Origin: Acetobacteraceae bacterium
Lineage (GTDB): Bacteria; Pseudomonadota; Alphaproteobacteria; Acetobacterales; Acetobacteraceae
Reading direction: 5' to 3'
DNA length: 64,000 nucleotides
NCBI GenBank assembly: GCA_019750465.1
Contig: JAIEOP010000050.1
Span: forward strand, 2,529 to 66,528
The notes under the pieces: model-generated
Database searches by the model: none
Seen by the model: only the letters and a program-made list of their open reading frames with translations
What the model was told of the DNA's origin: nothing
Made by a program: the position numbers and the translations under genes
Shown: piece by piece, positions 27,932 through 37,428 of the stretch
How positions within the stretch are numbered: the stretch's first letter is position 1
Layout of the letters: each line of letters opens with the position of its first letter

Positions 27932-28351
27932 TCAACCCTCTGGCGTGAATACGGGCAGGGCGAAGCCGCCGCCGCCCTGCACGAAGCCGACGCGGACGGG
28001 CAGGCCGAGCCGCAGACCATTGCCGGACGGCTCCGCGAAGCGCCCGAGCGCGCGCACGCCTTCCTCGAGGTCGACGACCACCAGGGCGTAGGGCAGTTCG
28101 CCGGCGAATCCGGGATGGAAGGCGTGATGCGCCACGGTCCAGCTGTGGACCGTGCCGCGCCCGGTGCTGTCCTTCCAGACCGTGTCGAAGGAATGGCAGG
28201 CGTCACAGATGTAGCGCGGATAATGTCTCGGCTTCCCGCAGGCGGCACAATGCTGGATGCGGAGCACGCCCTGCGCCGTGCCGTCCCAATAGGGCTGCGT
28301 CAGCGGGGAGGGATGCGGCGCCGGCTTGCTGGTCTCGGCCATGATCCTCAC
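27932..28351 (-). CDS. DUF35 zinc-ribbon/OB-fold protein (acyl-CoA-associated)
   Basis: The zinc ribbon 'CAACGKPRHYPRYICDAC' is followed by an OB-fold region. Overlaps the upstream thiolase-fold gene by 4 nt. Confidence 0.8.
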   Translation of the reverse strand: MRIMAETSKPAPHPSPLTQPYWDGTAQGVLRIQHCAACGKPRHYPRYICDACHSFDTVWKDSTGRGTVHSWTVAHHAFHPGFAGELPYALVVVDLEEGVRALGRFAEPSGNGLRLGLPVRVGFVQGGGGFALPVFTPEG

Positions 28352-29499
28352 CCCCGCCGCATGATCGCGATGGCGCCGTCGCCGAGGTCGCCGTAGCCGG
28401 TCGCGAGGCCGAGCTGCACGCCCTGTACCTGGCGCCGATCGGCCTGGTGTCGGAGCTGGCGCACCAGCTCCACGACATGGTTCAGCCCGAGCATGTGTGC
28501 CTGGGAGAGCAGGCCGCCATGCGTGTTGACCGGCAGCGCACCGCCGAGCCGCAGCCGGCCGCCCTGCACGAAGGCGCCGCCCTCACCCTTGCCGCAGAAC
28601 CCCATGTCCTCGAGCTGGCAGAGCACCACCCAGGTGAAGCAGTCGTAGATCTCCGCGACCTGGATATCGGCGGGCGTGACGCCGGCCATGGCGAAGGCGC
28701 GTGGTGCGCCCTTGGCGATGCCGAGCCGCGTCATGTCGGGCCGCTGCGTGATGGCGCTCGGGCTGTCCGGGTGCCCTTCCGCGATGCCGGAGACGAGCAC
28801 GCGCGGCTGCGGCATGTCGAGCGCCTGATCCGCTGCGCTGATCACGAAGGCGGCGCCGCCGTCGCTCTCCAGGCTGCAATCGAGCAGGCGGAAGGGATCG
28901 GCGATCATGCGGCTGCCCTGGTGGTCAGCCAGCGTAATCGGCTTTTTCATAAGCGCGTTGTCGTTCAGCAGCGCATGTCCGCGCACGGTCACGGCGATCT
29001 CGCCGAGCTGCTCCGACGTGGTGCCGAAAAGCTCCATATGTCGCCGCGCCATCGGTGCATAGAGCTGCGCAGGCGCGATGGCGCCGAGCGGCAGTTCGAA
29101 CTCGGTCACCAGGTGGAACTGCGGCATCTGGTGGATGCGCACGCCGGCCCGCGCGCCGGAGGTGACGTTGCGCCCGGCGGCGATCAGCACGTGGTTGCAG
29201 AGGCCGGCGCTGATCGCGGCCGCCGCGGTCTGGATGGCGGCGATCGAGCTCGCGCCGCCCATTGGCGTGAGTGCGGAATAGCGCAGCTCCGCGACGCCGA
29301 GATTGGTGGCGAGCTCCTCGGCCGGTGCGCCGGTGATGCCGATCGGGATGATCCCGTCGATCTCCCTTGGCGCCAGCCCGGCATCCGCGATGGCGAGCAA
29401 CGCGGCTTCCAGCTGCAACTCGGTGGAACTTCGCGTCGCGCCGCGCCGGTAGGCGGTCTCCCCGATGCCGGTGACGGCAACCTTGTCCCGCAGTGACAT
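28348..29499 (-). CDS. thiolase-fold protein, lipid-transfer (SCP-x/Ltp)-like, apparently lacking the nucleophilic Cys
   Basis: 'KVAVTGIGETAY' and the C-terminal 'VNTHGGLLSQAHMLGLNHVVELVRQLR'. The position of the usual 'C(A/G)SG' nucleophile reads 'PMGGASS'. Confidence 0.8.
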   Translation of the reverse strand: MSLRDKVAVTGIGETAYRRGATRSSTELQLEAALLAIADAGLAPREIDGIIPIGITGAPAEELATNLGVAELRYSALTPMGGASSIAAIQTAAAAISAGLCNHVLIAAGRNVTSGARAGVRIHQMPQFHLVTEFELPLGAIAPAQLYAPMARRHMELFGTTSEQLGEIAVTVRGHALLNDNALMKKPITLADHQGSRMIADPFRLLDCSLESDGGAAFVISAADQALDMPQPRVLVSGIAEGHPDSPSAITQRPDMTRLGIAKGAPRAFAMAGVTPADIQVAEIYDCFTWVVLCQLEDMGFCGKGEGGAFVQGGRLRLGGALPVNTHGGLLSQAHMLGLNHVVELVRQLRHQADRRQVQGVQLGLATGYGDLGDGAIAIMRRG

Positions 29500-29501
29500 G
29501 A

Positions 29502-31604
29502 TCAGGTTCCTTCACCGTCCCAGATGCAGAGCGCGTCCAGGGCCTCGACGCGGTTGCCGTGGACCCAGAGCGGGTTGACCTCGAGGGTTGCAAGCGTCGG
29601 GCCGAAGGCGAGCGCGGCCTGCCCGATACGCGTCACGGCCTGCGCGACCGCATCCAGGTCGGCCGCGGGGATGCCGCGGCTGCCGCGCAGCAGCGTCGCG
29701 CCGCGGAGGCCCGTCAGCGCGCGCTTCACCTCCGCCTCGTCGAGCGGCAGCAGGCGCAGCGCGACGTCGCCCATCGCCTCGACCCAGACGCCGCCGAGCC
29801 CGAGCGCCATGACCGGGCCCCATTGCGGATCGCGCGAGATGCCGACGATGAGCTCCAGGCCGCGCGGGCGCATCGGGGCGACCAGGACGCCTTCGATCGT
29901 GGCGTCCGGCGCGTGGCGTCGCGCGGCGTCGGTGACGCTGCGGACGGCTTCGCGCAAGGCGGGCTCGCCTTCCACGTTCAGCACGACGGCGCCGATGTCG
30001 GTCTTGTGGGCGATGTCGGGGGAGGCGATCTTGACCACCTGGCGGCCACCGATGCGGCGCGTGGCAGCGACCGCGGCGTCCTCGTCGGCGGCGAGCGCCA
30101 TGGGCACGACGGGGACGCCCGCTTCGGCCAGGCAGCGCAGGACGGCGTGTTCGGAGCGCGGGCGATCGGTTATCGGGGCCGGCGCGGGCGGTGGCGCGTC
30201 AGAGGCGGCGCGGAGCCGCGCCGACCAGGCCATCGTGCCGGCGATGCCGGATACGGCGCGGTCCAGGCCGCAGGCGAGATAAGGCAGGCCGGTCTCCGCC
30301 ACGATCCGGCGGGACAGCGGGGCCTGGTGGGTGGCCGTGTAGCTGACGACGAAGCCCGGCACCGGCGCCGCGTTCAGCCCGCGCGCGAGCGCCGCGTGCA
30401 GGGTGGAGAGGCGGTCGTTCACGTCCTCCGGGATGGTTGGCACCTCGTAGTATGGGCAGAGCAGGGCGGCGAGGCCGGGCTGGGCGGCGACGATGTCGAT
30501 CACGCGGCCGCATTGCTCCGGCGTGATGGCGCCGGTGAGGTCGAGCGGGTTGTGCGGCGTGGCGAAGCCCGGGATCGTCTCGCGCAGCGCCGCGGCCGCG
30601 TCCTCCGTCAGCGGAGGCAGGGCGATGCCGCGCGCCTCCGCGGTGTCCGCGGCGATCTCGCAGATGCCGCCCGAGTTGGAGACGATGCCGAGCCCGCCCT
30701 GCCGCAGCACGCCGGTGCGGCCGGCGATGTCGGCGGTGGCGAGCAGCTCCTCGATCGAGCGCGTGCGGATGACGCCGTATTGCCGGCATGCGCCGTCGAA
30801 GACGCGGTCGTCGCCGACGAGCGCGCCGGTGTGCGCGAGCGCCGCCTTCGCGGTCACCTCGCTGGCGCCGACCTTCAGGACGACGACGGGTTTGCGTGCG
30901 CGCATCGCCGCCTGCGCGAGGGCGACGAAGCCGGCCGGATCGCGCACCGTCTCCATGAACAGCGCGAGTGAGCGGACCTGCGGGTCCTCCAGCAGGGCAT
31001 GGCCGAAGGCCGCGAGGTCGAGATCGGCCTCGTTGCCGGTCGCGACGACATAGGCCAGGCCGACATCCTGCTGCGCGGCGAGGGTCGAGAGGAAATAGGC
31101 CGTCGCGCCGCTCTGCGAGACGATGGCGACGCCCTCGCGCCGGCTCGGCGTGCGGACCGGGGTGGTCCAGACATGCGCGCCGTCAACGAAGTTGATGAAG
31201 CCGAGGCTGTTCGGCCCGAGCAGGCGGACCCCGAGCTCACGCGCCAGGGCAACGAGGTCCCGCTGGGCGGCCGCGCCGGCCTCGCCCGCCTCCGCGAAGC
31301 CGGAACTCAGGATCGCGGCGTGCCGCGCGCCGGAGGCCGCGAGGTCACGCAGCGCGTCGGCGATGGCCGGGCCGGGCACGAGCAGCACGCCCAGGTCCAC
31401 GGGCGTGCCGAGCGCCGCGCAGCTCGTCGCGGCGGGCCGGCCATGCGCCTGCCCGCCGCGCGGGTTCACCGCATGCACCACGCCGGTGAAGCCGGCCGCC
31501 TCAAGGTTGGCAAAGACGGCCTGCGACCAGCGCGACCGGTCGGAGGCGCCGAGCACTGCGATGGAGCGGGGCCGCAGGAGTGCGAGGGGTGCCGCGGTGT
31601 CCAT
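29502..31604 (-). CDS. ADP-forming acyl-CoA synthetase (acetate--CoA ligase family: CoA-binding, ligase and ATP-grasp domains)
   Basis: 700 aa. 'PRSIAVLGASDRSRWSQAVFANL' marks the CoA-binding domain. 'VVVLKVG' and a C-terminal ATP-grasp-like half follow. Confidence 0.8.
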   Translation of the reverse strand: MDTAAPLALLRPRSIAVLGASDRSRWSQAVFANLEAAGFTGVVHAVNPRGGQAHGRPAATSCAALGTPVDLGVLLVPGPAIADALRDLAASGARHAAILSSGFAEAGEAGAAAQRDLVALARELGVRLLGPNSLGFINFVDGAHVWTTPVRTPSRREGVAIVSQSGATAYFLSTLAAQQDVGLAYVVATGNEADLDLAAFGHALLEDPQVRSLALFMETVRDPAGFVALAQAAMRARKPVVVLKVGASEVTAKAALAHTGALVGDDRVFDGACRQYGVIRTRSIEELLATADIAGRTGVLRQGGLGIVSNSGGICEIAADTAEARGIALPPLTEDAAAALRETIPGFATPHNPLDLTGAITPEQCGRVIDIVAAQPGLAALLCPYYEVPTIPEDVNDRLSTLHAALARGLNAAPVPGFVVSYTATHQAPLSRRIVAETGLPYLACGLDRAVSGIAGTMAWSARLRAASDAPPPAPAPITDRPRSEHAVLRCLAEAGVPVVPMALAADEDAAVAATRRIGGRQVVKIASPDIAHKTDIGAVVLNVEGEPALREAVRSVTDAARRHAPDATIEGVLVAPMRPRGLELIVGISRDPQWGPVMALGLGGVWVEAMGDVALRLLPLDEAEVKRALTGLRGATLLRGSRGIPAADLDAVAQAVTRIGQAALAFGPTLATLEVNPLWVHGNRVEALDALCIWDGEGT

Positions 31605-31607
31605 CCG

Positions 31608-32579
31608 CTACAGCGCGATGCCGAGGCGCCGGACCACCGGTGTCCAGCGCGCGACCTCGGAGTCGACGAAGGCCTTGGCCTGGTCAGGGTTCGAGGAGCT
31701 GATGCCCGCGATGCCGAGCGCGGAGAGCTGGGCCTGGAGCGCCGGCCGCGCCATCACGCGGCCTATCGCGCCGGAGACGTGGTCCATCACCTCGCGCGGC
31801 GCGCCGTTCGGCGCCGCGAGCAGGTTGTAGGTGCCGGCCGAGACGTCGTAGCCCTGCTCCTTCGCGGTCGGGATCTCCGGCGCGATCTCCGTGCGGGTCT
31901 CGGCCAGCGTCGCGACGATGCGCAGCGCGCCGCCGCGGTGATGCGGCAGCAGCGTGCCGTAGGTCTCGATGTTGTAGGCGACGGTGCCGTTGATGGCATC
32001 GGTGATGGCGGGGCCGCTGCCCTGGTAGGGCACGTGCTGCACCTCGATCCCCGCAGCGTCGTTCAGCGCCTCCGCTGCCAGGTGCACCGTCGTGCCAATG
32101 CCGGCGCTGCTGTAGGAAAGCCGGCCGCTCTGTGCCTTCGCGTAGGCGACGAACTCCTTGAGGTCCTGCGCGGGGATGCGGGGGTTGATGGCCACCGCGA
32201 AGGGCGCGATGGACAGCAGCGCGATCCAGGCAAAGTCATTCGGGGTGTAGGGCGGGTTGCGGCGGGAGATCGGCCCTGCGACGGCGGAGGACCCGGTGTG
32301 CATCATGAGCACGGAGCCGTCGGCAGGTTGGCGGAGGAAATACTCCACCGCCGTCACGCCGCCAGCGCCCGGGCGGTTCTCCACGATGACGGGGCGGCCG
32401 AGCTCCTCGCGCAGCGGATCCACGAGGAAGCGTGCGAAGAGGTCGCCGGAGCCGCCGGGCGGGAAGCCGACGACCAGGCGCACCGGCCCGCTGCGCCCCT
32501 GGGCGAGGGCTGGGCGTGCAAGCGGCGCGGCGAACAATACCGTGCCGCCGATCAGGATGCCGCGACGGGCGATGGTCAT
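31608..32579 (-). CDS. Bug/TctC-family substrate-binding protein
   Basis: ATG at 32579 ('MTIARRGILIGGTVLFAAPLARPALAQ'), then 'PVRLVVGFPPGGSGDLFAR' and 'ENRPGAGGVTA'. Confidence 0.85.
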   Translation of the reverse strand: MTIARRGILIGGTVLFAAPLARPALAQGRSGPVRLVVGFPPGGSGDLFARFLVDPLREELGRPVIVENRPGAGGVTAVEYFLRQPADGSVLMMHTGSSAVAGPISRRNPPYTPNDFAWIALLSIAPFAVAINPRIPAQDLKEFVAYAKAQSGRLSYSSAGIGTTVHLAAEALNDAAGIEVQHVPYQGSGPAITDAINGTVAYNIETYGTLLPHHRGGALRIVATLAETRTEIAPEIPTAKEQGYDVSAGTYNLLAAPNGAPREVMDHVSGAIGRVMARPALQAQLSALGIAGISSSNPDQAKAFVDSEVARWTPVVRRLGIAL

Positions 32580-32620
32580 GCTGTTTCCTCCCTCGTGATG
32601 CTGGCGTCCGGCCGCAAGGT

Positions 32621-33568
32621 TCACCAATGCCAGTGCACCGGTGCCACACCGGCCGCCGGCGCGCGGAAGGTCGCGAGGCTGTCGCCCGCCAGACTTCCGA
32701 GATAGGCCGTGCGGCGGTCGTCGCCGCCGAAGGCGATGCTGCTGAGGTTGCGCAGGATGCGGCTGCGGGCCTCGTGGATCATCGGGCGGGTCAGCCTCCG
32801 GGCGTGCAGCGCCGTCTCCAGCGCGTCCAGGTGCGCGGGGTCGCTGTCCTCGATCACCACCTGGCGGGTGCCGTCGGGCGCGATGCGGGTCAGCCGGTTG
32901 CTGGCGACGCTGACGACCCAGACGGCGCCGGCCTCGTCCAGGGCGAGGCCGTCGGGGTAGTCGCCGTGCCCGAACGTGGCGATCGTCGTGCGGTTCGAGA
33001 GACTGCCGTCTGGCGCCATGTCGAAGCGCGTCAGGCGGCGGCCGAAGGTCTCGTTGACATGCAGGTGGCCGCGCGCCTCGTCGGGCCAGCACTCGTTCGT
33101 CCAGACCAGGTCCGTGGCGACGACACGGACGCCGTGCTCATCCTTCAGCGCGACGAACCCGTCCGCGACGTCGGTGCGGTACTGGTCGTCGCCCTTGCGC
33201 ACGGTGCTCACGCAGATCCAAAGCCGCCCCCGGCTGTCGGTCCGGACGAAGTTGACGCTGCCGAGCCGGCGACCGGCGATCTCCGTCACCTCCGGTTCGA
33301 TGCGGCCGTCCGGATGCAGGCGCCACACGCCGCCATCATCCGACAGGTTCGCGATGGCGAAGCTCCCGTCCCGCAGCAGGGCGATGCCGTTCGGCACCAG
33401 GCTGCTGCCGCCCATCAGCTCCTGCGTGCCATCGGGCGCGATCCGGGTGACGCCGCCGCGTCTGTCCGAGACGTAGAGGTCGCCGCGGCGCGTCGCCAGG
33501 ACGCATTCGGGGCGGTCCAGGTCGTGGCCGACGAAGCCGATCGCGTCGAGGCCGGTCTGCGTGCCCAC
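32621..33568 (-). CDS. SMP-30/gluconolactonase/LRE-family protein (candidate lactonase)
   Basis: 315 aa with repeated beta-propeller-type segments ('PECVLATRRGDLYVSD', 'PNGIALLRDGSFAIAN', 'YPDGLALDEAGAVWV'). Confidence 0.7.
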   Translation of the reverse strand: MGTQTGLDAIGFVGHDLDRPECVLATRRGDLYVSDRRGGVTRIAPDGTQELMGGSSLVPNGIALLRDGSFAIANLSDDGGVWRLHPDGRIEPEVTEIAGRRLGSVNFVRTDSRGRLWICVSTVRKGDDQYRTDVADGFVALKDEHGVRVVATDLVWTNECWPDEARGHLHVNETFGRRLTRFDMAPDGSLSNRTTIATFGHGDYPDGLALDEAGAVWVVSVASNRLTRIAPDGTRQVVIEDSDPAHLDALETALHARRLTRPMIHEARSRILRNLSSIAFGGDDRRTAYLGSLAGDSLATFRAPAAGVAPVHWHW

Positions 33569-33571
33569 CGC

Positions 33572-34567
33572 TCAATCCAGCCTGATCTCGACGCGGTCGG
33601 TCACTGTCTTCCAGCGCGCCAGGTCCGCGGCGATGACGGCGCCGAGCGCCTCGGGCGTGCCGGGGGCCGGGATGAAGCCGCGCTGGACCATGGACGCGCG
33701 CGTGGCCGCATCGCCGATCACCCGGTTCAGGTCGGCGTTGAGACGCCGCACGATGGGATCCAGCGTGCCGGCGGGCGCGAGCAGCGCGTACCAGAGATCG
33801 ACCTCGTAGCCGGGGTAGCCGCTCTCGGCCATGGTCGGGATCTCCGGCAACCCCTCGTAGCGGGAGGCGCCGAGCACCGCCAGGACGCGGAGCTGCCCAT
33901 CGCGCACGAATCCCTCGATGGAGTTCAGCGGCCCGAAGGACACGCCCACCTCGTTGGCCACATGCGCCGTCACCGCCGGCCCGGAGCCACGATAGGGCAC
34001 GTGTTCCATGCGCGTGCCGGCGACGATGTTGAACAGCTCGCCGGCGAGGTGGGGCGCCGTCGCCGTCCCCGCGCTGCCGTGGTTGAGCTTGCCAGGAGTG
34101 GCACGGTCATAGGCGACGAGATCCGCGACGCTGTGGATCGGCAGGCTGGCGTGGACCGAGAGCACGAGCGGGGAGGTGGCGATCATGCCGACGGGCGCGA
34201 GGTCGCGCTGCACGTCGAAGCCGCTGTTCCGCTGCACGTGCTGCGTGATGGTCTGGGAATTCGGCATCAGTAGAATTGTGTAACCATCGGCGGGGGAGCG
34301 GGCGACATGCGTGGCGCCGAGGACGCCGGAGCCGCCGCTGCGGTTCTCCACCACCATTCCCGCACGCCAGCTCTCGCCGAATTTCTGTGCGATGAGTCGG
34401 CCCAGGATATCGGTGCCGCCGCCGGGCGCGAAGCCGGAGACGAGCCGGACCGGCCGCGCCGGGAAGTCCTGCTGCGCCGCCGCCGGCAGGCCACCCGAGG
34501 CCGCGCCGAGCGCGCCGAGCGCGGCCCTAATGAACTCCGATCGCTTCACCTTGTCCTCCCCCTGCAT
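33572..34567 (-). CDS. Bug/TctC-family substrate-binding protein
   Basis: 'RPVRLVSGFAPGGGTDILGR' and 'ENRSGGSGVLG'. Confidence 0.85.
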   Translation of the reverse strand: MQGEDKVKRSEFIRAALGALGAASGGLPAAAQQDFPARPVRLVSGFAPGGGTDILGRLIAQKFGESWRAGMVVENRSGGSGVLGATHVARSPADGYTILLMPNSQTITQHVQRNSGFDVQRDLAPVGMIATSPLVLSVHASLPIHSVADLVAYDRATPGKLNHGSAGTATAPHLAGELFNIVAGTRMEHVPYRGSGPAVTAHVANEVGVSFGPLNSIEGFVRDGQLRVLAVLGASRYEGLPEIPTMAESGYPGYEVDLWYALLAPAGTLDPIVRRLNADLNRVIGDAATRASMVQRGFIPAPGTPEALGAVIAADLARWKTVTDRVEIRLD

Positions 34568-34606
34568 CGTTGGAGCGGGCGGCCCCGCGGGGCCGCCCGT
34601 GTGGCG

Positions 34607-35080
34607 TCAGGACGCCGCCGGCTCGAACCAGAAGTCGAGCACGTCGCCGGTGCGCTTCTCGGCGAAGCGCGTCACCACGCGCGTGCCGATGGCCAGGCGC
34701 TTCGACGCTTCCTCGCCGTTGGCCAGCTCCACACCCTTGAAGAAGCCGCCGAGCGCAGTGTCGGCGCCGTCCAGCATGACGTAGCCGAAGGCGTAGGGCG
34801 GGTCGGGCAGGTTGTTGAACTTGTCATAGACGATGGTGAAGGCCTCGATCACGCCGCCGGGGCCGACCTCCACCCAATCCGTCGTCGGCTCCAGCGTCTG
34901 GTCGGAGAACGCGCGTGGCGGAACGAGGACGCGGCCGGATCTGGCGTCGCGCTTGCCATAGATCTTCGCGTGGTCGCGGATCTGCACGTAGAACCAGCTC
35001 GCGGTCTCACCCAGCGCATGGGTGTAGGTGATCTTCCAGTCTTCCTGGCGCTTCAGAAGTTCCATGTCCGTCATCCTCAT
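34607..35080 (-). CDS. DUF35-like OB-fold protein (no obvious zinc ribbon)
   Basis: 157 aa. 'GRVLVPPRAFSDQTLEPTTDWVEVGPGGVIEAFTIV' and 'YAFGYVMLDGADTALGGFFKG' resemble DUF35 OB-fold partners of thiolase-fold proteins. Abuts the upstream gene. Confidence 0.65.
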   Translation of the reverse strand: MRMTDMELLKRQEDWKITYTHALGETASWFYVQIRDHAKIYGKRDARSGRVLVPPRAFSDQTLEPTTDWVEVGPGGVIEAFTIVYDKFNNLPDPPYAFGYVMLDGADTALGGFFKGVELANGEEASKRLAIGTRVVTRFAEKRTGDVLDFWFEPAAS

Positions 35081-36261
35081 CAGGCTTCCACGACCATCGT
35101 TCCGAAGAACTGATGGTCACCACCGTTGCCGCTCGCGATGCCGACGCGTGCGCCCTTCACCTGCCGCTCGCCCGCGCGCCCCCAGACCTGCAGCGCCGCT
35201 TCCGCGATGCGCACCATCGCCGTGACGGCGATGGCATTCGTGCAGAGCACGCCGCCCGAGGGATTCACCACCGCGCCGGCATTGGTGCCGAGTGCGAAGG
35301 CGCCCTCTCGCAGCATCGCCGGCGAGGTTCCGATGTCGGCCAGCCCCGCCGCCTCGATCGAGTGGAACTCGGTGTTGCTGAAGGGCGCGTAGAGCTCCGC
35401 CACATGCACCTCCTTCCGCGCATCCTTGATTCCCGACATCCGGAATGACTTGCGGAAGGACGCGCCGAGTGCATGCGCGTCCGCATGATCGGCCGTGAAG
35501 CCGCGGCCCATGCGGTCGCCGAGGTAGTAGGTCTCGGAGGAGTGGGCGAGCCCGGTGATCCAGACCGCCTCCAGCCCGCGCTGCTTGATGTAGCGCTCCG
35601 AGGCCAGCACCATGGCGCAGCCGCCGGAGGATTGCGGGCAGCAGTCGAACAGCTTGACCGGCCATGACACCATGCGGGAGGCCATCACCTCCTCGATGGT
35701 CGTCTCCTTGCGCAGATGCGCATGCGGGTTCTTCGAGGCGTGGCGGCGGTTCTTCGCCACGACCCGCGCCATGTCCTCCTGCGTCATGCCGTATTTGTGG
35801 GCGTAGCGCACGGCGGACATCGCCAGCATGTTGATAGTGCCGAGCGGCAGGCTGCGCTCGTAGATCGGATCCCAGATCTTGTTCAGGACGGTCTGGCTGT
35901 CGCCGCACTCGCCCACCTTGTCGGCGCCTGCCGTCAGCACGACGTCGCAGGCGCCGGAGGCGACGTGGGTCCAGGCCGTGATGACGGAGGAGATGCCCGT
36001 GGCACCGCCCGTGTTGATGCGGAGGAAGCGCTTGTTCCTGCCGCCCACCGCATCCACGCCCAGCCGCTCGGCATTGCCGATGCCCACCATGGCGTCGGGC
36101 GAGAGTGAGTAGACCACCGCCTGGATGTCGTCGAAGTCGAGCCCGGCGTCGCGCATGGCGATCACGACCGCCTCGCGCACCAGGTCCGGATAGCTGGCGT
36201 CGTTGCGCCGCGGCTGGAAGTTGGACTGGCCGATGCCGATGATGCCGACGCGCCCGGTCAT
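35080..36261 (-). CDS. thiolase-fold protein (SCP-x-like), apparently Cys-less
   Basis: ATG at 36261 ('MTGRVGIIGIGQSNF'). The nucleophile position reads 'NTGGATGISS'. The C-terminal region is 'NPSGGVLCTNAIAVTAM'. Confidence 0.8.
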   Translation of the reverse strand: MTGRVGIIGIGQSNFQPRRNDASYPDLVREAVVIAMRDAGLDFDDIQAVVYSLSPDAMVGIGNAERLGVDAVGGRNKRFLRINTGGATGISSVITAWTHVASGACDVVLTAGADKVGECGDSQTVLNKIWDPIYERSLPLGTINMLAMSAVRYAHKYGMTQEDMARVVAKNRRHASKNPHAHLRKETTIEEVMASRMVSWPVKLFDCCPQSSGGCAMVLASERYIKQRGLEAVWITGLAHSSETYYLGDRMGRGFTADHADAHALGASFRKSFRMSGIKDARKEVHVAELYAPFSNTEFHSIEAAGLADIGTSPAMLREGAFALGTNAGAVVNPSGGVLCTNAIAVTAMVRIAEAALQVWGRAGERQVKGARVGIASGNGGDHQFFGTMVVEA

Positions 36262-37409
36262 GCTGCTGCCCTCCTCTCGCCGGCCTCGAGCACGATGACC
36301 GTCTGGTACTGCATGGCGGGCCCGCTGGCGGCATGCGCCAGGCCGCGCCGCGCGCCCTGCTTCTGGTGCCCCTCGGCGCGGCCGCGCAGCTGGTTCGCCA
36401 CCTCGGCGATGCGGATCAGCCCGGTGCAGTAGACCGGGTTGAGCGAGGCAACGCCGCCCGACAGGTTCACCGGCATCCGACCCTCCGGTCCGAACTCGCC
36501 GAGCCGCGCAGGCCAGTCGGCACGCGCCGCCAGGCCCAGGCCTTCGAGCGCGAGCAGGGCCTGGTACGGGGTGACGTCGGTGATCTCGGCGACGTCGAAG
36601 GCCGTGCCGGCATCGATCACGCCCGCTTCGCCATAGGCCTGGCTGGCGGCGGCGGCGAGCGCGGGTGCGGTGGCGAGGTCGCGGTCGCCGAGGAAGGCCG
36701 GCTCCGTCGCCCACCCCATGCCGGAGATCCAGGCGACCGGACTAATCCCGCGTTCCGCAATGAACTCCTCCGAGGCGAGCATCAGCGCCACGACGCCGGT
36801 GACCGGCGGCGGGACCATGTCGGCGCGCAGGGGCCAGCGCGTGGGCCTGCCGCGCGCGACGTCCGCCTGGACAAGACTGGGGAAGGCGCGCGCACCGTTC
36901 CCGCGCATCGTCGCCAGCACCCGCTCGGCGAGCGCGGCGCAGCCTGGCGCCGCATGCTCCATCGCATTGGCCTGCAGCGCCGCCGCCGCGAGCTCGTCGA
37001 GCGGCAGACGGCGATGGAACAGAGGGTCGTTCGCCAGGCGCTGCGCTTCGGGGATCGACGATGCCTCGGTCGGGCTCCAGGCCGCGACGAGCTGCGTCCT
37101 GAACTGGCCCGATGCGATGCGCAGCGCGCCGAGGACGAAGGCATGCTCGCCGGCCGAAGGCGTGGAGAGGATGTCGCGGTCCACGCCGCCGAGTGGGCCG
37201 GAGGCCATCATGACGGTGATGGCGCGGCCGTCATACTGGTCGTTCGCGCCGACGACGATGCCTTCGAGGTCGTCGGTAGCGAGCCCGGCATCGGCGAGCG
37301 TCGCATGCATGACGAGGTGCAGATGCTCCTCGAGCGAATGGCGCCCGTCATCGGGGATGCAGGGCCGGATGGCCACTCCCACGATGCCGACCTTTGGTCT
37401 GTCTGCCAT
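36258..37409 (-). CDS. second thiolase-fold protein of the trio
   Basis: ATG at 37409 ('MADRPKVGIVGVAI'). The C-terminal 'NLSGGVASLNPVYCTGLIRIAEVANQLRG' is thiolase-like. Overlaps the downstream gene by 4 nt. Confidence 0.7.
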   Translation of the reverse strand: MADRPKVGIVGVAIRPCIPDDGRHSLEEHLHLVMHATLADAGLATDDLEGIVVGANDQYDGRAITVMMASGPLGGVDRDILSTPSAGEHAFVLGALRIASGQFRTQLVAAWSPTEASSIPEAQRLANDPLFHRRLPLDELAAAALQANAMEHAAPGCAALAERVLATMRGNGARAFPSLVQADVARGRPTRWPLRADMVPPPVTGVVALMLASEEFIAERGISPVAWISGMGWATEPAFLGDRDLATAPALAAAASQAYGEAGVIDAGTAFDVAEITDVTPYQALLALEGLGLAARADWPARLGEFGPEGRMPVNLSGGVASLNPVYCTGLIRIAEVANQLRGRAEGHQKQGARRGLAHAASGPAMQYQTVIVLEAGERRAAA

Positions 37410-37428
37410 GTCTTCCTCTCGTCCTCGT

